A stretch of DNA of 20,000 nt from an uncultured virus (IMG/VR IMGVR_UViG_3300003601_000003). Taxonomy: Duplodnaviria; Heunggongvirae; Uroviricota; Caudoviricetes. A model generated the notes under the pieces. That model was not told the origin of the DNA, ran no database searches, and saw only the letters and a list, made by a program, of their open reading frames with translations. Position 1 is the first letter of the stretch. Every line of letters begins with the position of its first letter. The position numbers and the translations under genes were made by a program. The stretch lies in IMG/VR virus record IMGVR_UViG_3300003601_000003. One strand, written 5' to 3'. Positions 1 through 6,482 of this stretch are shown here, piece by piece.

Positions 1-2
1 GA

Positions 3-905
3 CTAGCTTCGGAAATACTTAAAGATTTAGAACTAAGGGTAGCTCACCTTGAAAGTGGCTTTCAAGGTGAGTTGAGGAAATCTATTGAGGTTGTCATCGA
101 AAATACTCCCTCAAATATAAGAATTGATCGAGTAGAGTTTCCCAGAACACAGGAAGAGTTTTTAGAGATAGAGGCAAATAATGTGCCCGTTATTTTTTAC
201 AACTGCCCACTTGGAACAAACATGGTCAACCGATTGGAACTGTTCAAGTCTGATTTTAATCCTATGGTAGAGTCTAGGCTTGCAGATAGGAATAAGAAAG
301 ACATTGGTGGTTTGCTAGAGATTAGTCTCCAAGACCTCTTAAGATCAAACTTTGAGAGGGGTTCTCGATATGTAGGGAAGCACCGTCTGAATACGAGGGC
401 TTTGAAAAAACTGCTAGGGGTTAATCTTTATGGTAAGGGTCAGATTTTAGAGGGTATGGGAATAAACTCTGCAAATATGTGGTGTGGACCTAAAGGGTGC
501 GTCACCCCCCTCCACCTTGATACAATCAACAACTTAGCATGGAATGTGTACGGGCAAAAGACATGGTTCTTGGTAAGTCCAGAGGATATGTACCACAAGG
601 CTTACTTAGAATCATTCAAAGAGCCTTATGAAGAGGACTATAAGGGTGATTGGACTAGGAACGATAATGGTCGATCTCCTACCTTTTCAAAGATGACAGA
701 GAACCCATTAAAGAGCTTTAATCATTTCCCTATGTCTAGGGGTATAAAGTTCCATAAGGTCGTGTTCAGAGAAAATGAAATGCTGTATCTTCCCGCTTAT
801 TGGGGACACTATGTTAATACTGACTCCGACTCTTTAATGATTAACCATTGGTACGATGAGGTGCCTATAATCCTTAGCTCAACAAGAGTGAAAGGCAATT
901 TGTAG
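3..905 (+). CDS. JmjC/cupin-like 2OG-Fe(II) oxygenase carrying the shared N-terminal leader (5'-partial; true start lies just before the window)
   Basis: NMWCG...TPLHLD...NLAWNVYGQKTWFL...MLYLPAYWGHYV gives the JmjC HxD...H triad pattern. The frame is open from nt 3 (LASEILKDLELRVAHLESGFQGE), in frame with the TTG at 72, so the ORF-track start is probably internal. Confidence 0.85.
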   Translation, partial: LASEILKDLELRVAHLESGFQGELRKSIEVVIENTPSNIRIDRVEFPRTQEEFLEIEANNVPVIFYNCPLGTNMVNRLELFKSDFNPMVESRLADRNKKDIGGLLEISLQDLLRSNFERGSRYVGKHRLNTRALKKLLGVNLYGKGQILEGMGINSANMWCGPKGCVTPLHLDTINNLAWNVYGQKTWFLVSPEDMYHKAYLESFKEPYEEDYKGDWTRNDNGRSPTFSKMTENPLKSFNHFPMSRGIKFHKVVFRENEMLYLPAYWGHYVNTDSDSLMINHWYDEVPIILSSTRVKGNL

Positions 906-947
906 TTCGTTTATCGCTTCTCCATAGATGATCTACACAATGGAGAA
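903..947 (+). promoter_or_regulatory. Recurrent upstream motif plus RBS-sequestering hairpin
   Basis: TAGTTCGTTTAT (903-914), then N10-TAGATGATCT. TTCTCCAT (918-925) is the reverse complement of ATGGAGAA (940-947), which holds the RBS of the gene at 954. Confidence 0.55.
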
Positions 948-953
948 TAAAAA

Positions 954-1304
954 ATGGCTACAGAGAAATCACAAGACCCAACACAGCTTGATAAACTACC
1001 ACTTAAGAGCAAGAAGTTCCTTGCTTATCTGATCGCAGACATCGGGTGGAAAATCCTTATGTTCTATGTGATTTGGGAGTATCAAACTAAGATTGAGCAT
1101 TATGCGTTTATGGTTCTCGTCACTATGATCGTAACAAGCGGTTTTATACAGATCGGGTATATCTTAGGTCAAGCCGCTCTTGATAAGTACACTACAGTGG
1201 CTGTCTCGGCTCTTGAGAGAGATGGGGATAAACCTACCCCACCTAAACCAAAGGCTAAAGAAGAACCCGACCCTAATAGCACAGACCCTAACGAGTTCAT
1301 GTAA
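954..1304 (+). CDS. Small two-TM membrane protein (holin-like)
   Basis: Two hydrophobic segments (FLAYLIADIGWKILMFYVIW; AFMVLVTMIVTSGFIQIGYILG), basic KSKKF before TM1, charged Pro-rich tail, GGAG RBS. The holin role is inferred from topology only. Confidence 0.55.
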   Translation: MATEKSQDPTQLDKLPLKSKKFLAYLIADIGWKILMFYVIWEYQTKIEHYAFMVLVTMIVTSGFIQIGYILGQAALDKYTTVAVSALERDGDKPTPPKPKAKEEPDPNSTDPNEFM

Positions 1305-1363
1305 TAGTTTATTTATGAGTGATCTTAAGTGATCTCATTAACCTTAACAAAATGGAGAAAACC
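1305..1363 (+). promoter_or_regulatory. Cassette upstream element (putative phage promoter + RBS)
   Basis: TAGTTTATTTAT-N9-TAAGTGATCT...TTAACCT...AATGGAGAAA-ATG, matching copies at 2821-2880, 14302-14356, 14838-14898, 14933-14993 and 16111-16172. Confidence 0.7.
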
Positions 1364-2032
1364 ATGAGAAGATCAGCAACCGAAGTTATTAAAAACCTTG
1401 AGCGTAGAATCGCAAGGCTCGAAGGAAATATAAACACTCGAAAGACCGCAAGGGGAGATGTCGCTATCGAGACCGCTTCCGAGCGAGACATACAGAAGGC
1501 TTGGCCTAGAGTCACCTATAAAGGCAAAAGCATCCACGCAGACTACAGCAAATGGACTAACTCGGTCGAGAGTTCAGAACTTAGCGAGTATACTGATATT
1601 GGTTTGACGGATGATCTGGGTAATTCTCTGGAAGTTGCAGAAGGTGGACAAGAGGTTTATCTTGGATACAACCAAGAAAAAGATTTCTTTGTGATGGGCT
1701 TTGATATGAGTTTCTATTCACAAGTAACAGAAGATGAGTGGGATGCTCATGCTGATGCCATGTCCAAATATGAGGACGCAAAGTTTGAAGCGGAGGAATG
1801 GAATGAGGATGAGCCTGAGCCTTGGGACTTTGAAGGATATAATGAGGACTTTGAGAATGTCGAAGATCCTCGTCATAATGGTCACAGAGGTTGGGCGGCA
1901 GTACTTTTTAGGGTTGAGAATGGTCGGATTAAGACAGAAGACCCTAAGTTCGGTACTAGTCTTTTTTATGAGATGGATGTACACAAGGGACTTAAGCGTA
2001 AGTTTAATCTCGTTGACCTTCGATTGGGATAA
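1364..2032 (+). CDS. Leader-tagged acidic hypothetical protein (222 aa)
   Basis: ATG 1364 follows GGAG (1354-1357) and starts MRRSATEVIKNLERRIARLE. Very D/E-rich central part. Confidence 0.8.
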   Translation: MRRSATEVIKNLERRIARLEGNINTRKTARGDVAIETASERDIQKAWPRVTYKGKSIHADYSKWTNSVESSELSEYTDIGLTDDLGNSLEVAEGGQEVYLGYNQEKDFFVMGFDMSFYSQVTEDEWDAHADAMSKYEDAKFEAEEWNEDEPEPWDFEGYNEDFENVEDPRHNGHRGWAAVLFRVENGRIKTEDPKFGTSLFYEMDVHKGLKRKFNLVDLRLG

Positions 2033-2141
2033 ACCTACCCTCAAACTCTAATAATGTTAGTTATACTCGTTATTAAGTCATCTATTAAAGGTTAAATGAC
2101 TTACTCCTATATGAGTGAACCTCATATCTAGGAGTAAGAAC

Positions 2142-2348
2142 ATGAGTGCTAAATCCTTTGAAGAAGCCGTAAGAACAACTCAACCTGTCATTTATGTAGG
2201 AGTTGAGCGTCAAGAGGCTAAGGGCTTCAATAAAGTAGTCCTCATACAAGAGAATAAAGAAGGGCTACAGACAACCGAACACCACATGACAGGTGATGTC
2301 TCTGTTCAAATGGTGAATGGTGTCTTAAAGGTTTATGTGAAAAGCTAA
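2142..2348 (+). CDS. Small hypothetical protein (68 aa)
   Basis: AGGAG RBS at 2130-2134 before ATG 2142 (MSAKSFEE...), in frame with ORF-track 2115..2348. Confidence 0.65.
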   Translation: MSAKSFEEAVRTTQPVIYVGVERQEAKGFNKVVLIQENKEGLQTTEHHMTGDVSVQMVNGVLKVYVKS

Positions 2349-2382
2349 AGCAGATCTGCCGCTATGTCAGATGTGTGTAAAC

Positions 2383-2820
2383 TCAGATGTGTTCCTCAAG
2401 CATTGCAGGGAGACTCCAGATCTCGTCAGAGATTTTGCCTAACTTACGATCACGAAAGCAGAGTCTTTCCAACTTACTTGCGTCTGCGTGATCCATATCC
2501 TCAAGATCAGTTGTGTACACCCGATAAGAGACCTCAGAGACACCCTCATCATCACAGATGCTAAGATCATTATCGTCACAGATCTGTTTGACCCTAGACT
2601 CAAACTCATTTTGTAGTTCATCCGCTTCCATAAAATAACGGTGTATGAGAGCATGACTCTCTTCCTCTGACCAAACATCATAAATCCACTCATCAGCATC
2701 GAAGTGTCTGTAAGCGTTGCGACTGAGACCAGCCTTCTTACCAGAGGATTTCGTCTTCTTTTCAAGTCTTGCAATTCTCATTTCAAGGTTATTAATGATT
2801 TCTGTTGCTGATTTTCTCAT
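2383..2820 (-). CDS. Leader-tagged acidic hypothetical protein (145 aa)
   Basis: ATG 2820 after GGAG; starts MRKSATEIINNLEMRIARLE. Upstream element at 2821-2880. Confidence 0.8.
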   Translation of the reverse strand: MRKSATEIINNLEMRIARLEKKTKSSGKKAGLSRNAYRHFDADEWIYDVWSEEESHALIHRYFMEADELQNEFESRVKQICDDNDLSICDDEGVSEVSYRVYTTDLEDMDHADASKLERLCFRDRKLGKISDEIWSLPAMLEEHI

Positions 2821-2877
2821 AAAGGTACTCCATAGGTTTGAGGTTAATAAGATCACTTAATAACGAGAATAGATAAA

Positions 2878-4167
2878 CTACAAAAGATCTGCGGCAATGT
2901 CAGATAGCGTAGATCTCTCTGACTTATGTAAACTCACACACGCAAATAAAGGTTGACCCAACATACGCTCAATCACATACACAAGACCATTAGATTGCTT
3001 TGTGAGGTAAGGGTGATCAATCTGATAGGGATCACCTAAGAGAACTACTTTAGTTCCCTCAGCCGCTCTTGTGATGATTGATTTGATTTCATGCTTGGTG
3101 AGATTCTGAGCTTCGTCAATAATCATAAAGGCTTGTTTAAGTGAGCGACCCCTAATGGAGTGGATTGGTTGGATCTCTATCTGATTCTTTTCAAGGAAAC
3201 CTTCTTTAGTACCCATCTCTGCACCCATCGGACCAGCGTCCCACATTGGGTTGATCTGATCTAGGTTGTCAAAAAAGCTCTGCATCCAAGGCTCTAGTTT
3301 CTCGGAGAGAGAACCAGGCAAGAACCCGATGCCTTGACCGACATCAACTACAGGTTTAGAGAGTAGGATACGCTGATATGTATGAGCTTGCTCAAGAGCG
3401 GCAGCTAATGCAAGGAAGGTTTTGCCAGTACCTGCTTTACCTAAGAGACACACCAACTCAATGTCGGGATCTAAAAGAGCATCAAGAGAGGCTCTTTGTT
3501 CAAGATTTCTAGGTTTGGCTTTTTCGGTACGCACTTTGTCTACATTAAAGAGAGATCCCTCTTTGTGTTGGAAAAGATGTTTTTTCTCACCTGGTGCAAC
3601 AAACCAAACATACTGATTTTCATGGAAATCTTCATCAAACTCATGTGGAAGTCTTACAGCACCTTGCCAATATGACTTAACCAATTGATTCATAAACTTT
3701 ACATCAGGTACAAAACCTTTTAACCCTATACCAGAGAGGGTGTCCAGACTTGTGTCCGAAGTGTAGTCAGAAGAATTAACCCCCACAGATTCACATATGA
3801 TGCGTAGGTTGATATCTCTTGAAACGAGAGTCAGATCGTATTCGTCTTTGAGGTGAATAGCAGTTTGTAGAATAAGTAAATCTACATACCTAATCTGATT
3901 AGCTCGGTCTAAAGAACTTATGCTGAGTCCTCCTTCGTGTGATACAACTTTAACCTTATCTTCTGTTTGAAGTTTAAGGATAAGATTAGAGGCTTGACGA
4001 GCGAGATGTGCTACATGAGATTTCTCTCGTTTGGGTGTGTCTTTGAGAACATCAAGCTCCATGATTACATAGATTGGGATGAGGACTTCGGTATCATCTT
4101 CAAAAGAGGTCATAGAGGTAGGATCGTGTATTAACACACTAGTATCTAGCAAAACAGCCTTTGTCAT
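2878..4167 (-). CDS. phoH: PIN-PhoH family protein (PIN domain + PhoH ATPase)
   Basis: N-terminal PIN (LLDTSVLIHDP, ELD, VD, SRDINLR); Walker A GKAGTGKT; GFLPG, IRGRSL, IIDEAQN, GDPYQID, SERS are PhoH motifs. Confidence 0.92.
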   Translation of the reverse strand: MTKAVLLDTSVLIHDPTSMTSFEDDTEVLIPIYVIMELDVLKDTPKREKSHVAHLARQASNLILKLQTEDKVKVVSHEGGLSISSLDRANQIRYVDLLILQTAIHLKDEYDLTLVSRDINLRIICESVGVNSSDYTSDTSLDTLSGIGLKGFVPDVKFMNQLVKSYWQGAVRLPHEFDEDFHENQYVWFVAPGEKKHLFQHKEGSLFNVDKVRTEKAKPRNLEQRASLDALLDPDIELVCLLGKAGTGKTFLALAAALEQAHTYQRILLSKPVVDVGQGIGFLPGSLSEKLEPWMQSFFDNLDQINPMWDAGPMGAEMGTKEGFLEKNQIEIQPIHSIRGRSLKQAFMIIDEAQNLTKHEIKSIITRAAEGTKVVLLGDPYQIDHPYLTKQSNGLVYVIERMLGQPLFACVSLHKSERSTLSDIAADLL

Positions 4168-4226
4168 GTGGACTCCATTCTGAGGGTAATTCTCCTCACC
4201 CTATAAGCGAAAGGTATCTAAAGAAT

Positions 4227-4676
4227 ATGAAGCAGAAACATATCGAAATCCGAAAACAACAATGCTCTCTAATCGCCTCTGCAAGCACCTGTTGTCGGAG
4301 AAAAGTAGGTTCTGTGATCGTAGACCCACATTCTAATGTTGTTGTTAGTGAAGGATATAATGGACCACCAAGAGGAAGTAGTGGTGCCTTATGTGGTGGG
4401 TCTGACTGTTTGCGTGATCGGTACAAAGTCAAAAGTGGAACTCAAAATGATGTTGGATGCCATCATGCAGAAATCAACGCAATCTTAAATGCCACTCGAA
4501 ATGGTATGTCTACTATGGGTAAGTGGCTCTTCACCTCATGCGATCCATGTCTTATGTGTGCAAAGGCAATTCATCATGCAGGGATTATAAAGGTATATGC
4601 TCCTTTACAAACAGAGGTTCATCAAGAGGGGTTGATGTATTTTAAAAATAATCATGTAGAGACAGAGAGTCTTTAA
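4227..4676 (+). CDS. dCMP deaminase (cytidine/deoxycytidylate deaminase family)
   Basis: C.RRKVG, GYNG, HAEINA and PCLMC zinc-deaminase motifs. Start placed at ATG 4227 because TTG 4161 overlaps the phoH start. Confidence 0.88.
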   Translation: MKQKHIEIRKQQCSLIASASTCCRRKVGSVIVDPHSNVVVSEGYNGPPRGSSGALCGGSDCLRDRYKVKSGTQNDVGCHHAEINAILNATRNGMSTMGKWLFTSCDPCLMCAKAIHHAGIIKVYAPLQTEVHQEGLMYFKNNHVETESL

Positions 4677-4734
4677 TAGTTTGTTTATGATACTCGATAT
4701 GTAGTGTCAGCTTTTCATTCAAAGGAGATCCTAC
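4677..4734 (+). promoter_or_regulatory. Recurrent upstream motif + RBS
   Basis: TAGTTTGTTTAT (4677-4688) directly after the deaminase stop; AAGGAG before ATG 4735. Confidence 0.55.
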
Positions 4735-5796
4735 ATGGACAAAACACAAAGAGAACAACTACTCAAACTCGCTCAGAAAGATCCATCTTTCAAAGCGAAG
4801 CTCGTCAACATTCTTAAAACAGAGAAAATCGCTACTGCACTCAACACTGAAGATGCGGCTGCTTTTGCGGCTTGGGCTAAAATGTCAAACCCACAAGGTA
4901 TGAGTGTAAATGAAGTCATTTCATACCTTACTAGAGCAGGTGTTAAAGTACGCCCTCAAGGTGAGTCAAGAGCACCAAATAAAAAAGGGCCTCTTGAGGT
5001 AGGTGAACTTGTAAAAGTTGATCCTTCAAAGTGCATCCACCCCGACAATAAGCGTAATTGTGGTGTGCTTGAGCATACACCAGATAATGAGCAGTATTGT
5101 TATGTCGTTGCTCGAATGGAACCAGCAGACCTTCGTGAACTTTGCACTTACCAAATCTCACCAATCGACACTAAGACTGGAAAAGTTGGAAGTAAGAAAT
5201 TCGAGTTCAAAGCAGTTATGCCAGCAAGAGGTATTGCGGGTCTTACCAAGAAACTTGAAAAATCCGAAGCTAAAGGAGATACCACAGCAGTTGATCGTGT
5301 GCTTGGTGAGATGCGTGAAAAAGCTCTTGCACCCCATAATGGACATGGACTTTATCGTGCTTCTTTCAAGGATCTCGCTCACTACAAAAAAGTCATCAGC
5401 CAACCAAAAGTAGGTGACTTTGTGATGGTATATGAGCGTGGTGGTAAACTCCCTGTGCCTTCTATTCGTAAACAATACGCAGAGAAATCAAATGTTGATC
5501 GTACACGCCAAACTCTCCTTAGTGGAGAATTTGATGATCTTGTAGAAGGTGGTCTTTCAGACTACGCTAAGATTTACTATGAGGGTCAAATGAAAGGTGC
5601 TGGATACAGTCAAAAGGAGGAGTTCTACTTCCTTATGGACACTGTATCTCAAGGATTCACTAATGCTAATCCGACTGTAGGTACTGTGTACTACATCGCT
5701 AAAGCGTCCGATATGCCTTCTGAGAGGGAATGGAAAGATGATCTTCGTGCCCGTCTTAAAGCAGTCGTTGAGGAACACCTCAAAGGAAGCCTCTAA
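4735..5796 (+). CDS. Hypothetical phage protein (353 aa), possibly virion-associated
   Basis: Long ORF with strong RBS and upstream motif, first gene of the co-oriented block leading to the terminase. No recognisable domain. Confidence 0.75.
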   Translation: MDKTQREQLLKLAQKDPSFKAKLVNILKTEKIATALNTEDAAAFAAWAKMSNPQGMSVNEVISYLTRAGVKVRPQGESRAPNKKGPLEVGELVKVDPSKCIHPDNKRNCGVLEHTPDNEQYCYVVARMEPADLRELCTYQISPIDTKTGKVGSKKFEFKAVMPARGIAGLTKKLEKSEAKGDTTAVDRVLGEMREKALAPHNGHGLYRASFKDLAHYKKVISQPKVGDFVMVYERGGKLPVPSIRKQYAEKSNVDRTRQTLLSGEFDDLVEGGLSDYAKIYYEGQMKGAGYSQKEEFYFLMDTVSQGFTNANPTVGTVYYIAKASDMPSEREWKDDLRARLKAVVEEHLKGSL

Positions 5797-5813
5797 GACT
5801 AGCTAGTTTTTAA

Positions 5814-5863
5814 TAATCTATTTATACTCTCTCTTTGTATGATTATTAGAAAGAGAGAGTATT
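5814..5863 (+). promoter_or_regulatory. Motif variant overlapping a 13-bp RBS-sequestering hairpin
   Basis: TAATCTATTTAT (5814-5825). ATACTCTCTCTTT (5824-5836) pairs perfectly with AAAGAGAGAGTAT (5850-5862), just before ATG 5864. Confidence 0.65.
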
Positions 5864-6481
5864 ATGACAAAGGCGAACCCTAGAGCAGTAGCTGAACGCT
5901 ATCTGCTTATAAAGCAAGCTCGTAGGATCACTGCCAGATCAAAGACAGCAGGTAGGGTTAAAACTGCTGGTGAAGTTCGCTTCATTAAAGATCATGGTGA
6001 TGATTCAAATGCGTGGGCTTGGGGACAACACCCACCTAGCCAACGCATTATGGACTCAAACCATATCTTCAATAAAAAGAGCACGAAGAACATAGCTAAA
6101 GTTCTTCGATCTACTTTATCTTCTCTTGGTCATGCGATGAGTGCATACACTACATTCGCTAAGATCAAGTCGAGGGATATTAGCCCCGATGGTAATCTTG
6201 GTGGTCGTGGGTATATCATGGAGATTAAAGCGATTCGTAGACAATATATGAATGTTGTAGAAGCTCTCTCTGCTATGTCTGATACACTCTATGATGAGAT
6301 TACTGCTGACCATTGGAAAGTAGAACAGAGTAAAATGCTCAATCAAGTTATGGAAGAGGTTGAGGATATTAAAGATGACCCAGAAGCATGGGCTGTCGAA
6401 GTAGAAGAAGCACCAAAAGACCCAAAAAATGAGGAACTAACTAGAGACTTTAGTTCGCCTCGACCTCGAAAGGATACCTAA
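5864..6481 (+). CDS. Hypothetical phage protein (205 aa), putative head-module protein
   Basis: Clean ORF; basic N-terminus with KQA/KTA repeats; tightly coupled to the next gene. Confidence 0.75.
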   Translation: MTKANPRAVAERYLLIKQARRITARSKTAGRVKTAGEVRFIKDHGDDSNAWAWGQHPPSQRIMDSNHIFNKKSTKNIAKVLRSTLSSLGHAMSAYTTFAKIKSRDISPDGNLGGRGYIMEIKAIRRQYMNVVEALSAMSDTLYDEITADHWKVEQSKMLNQVMEEVEDIKDDPEAWAVEVEEAPKDPKNEELTRDFSSPRPRKDT

Positions 6482-6482
6482 A

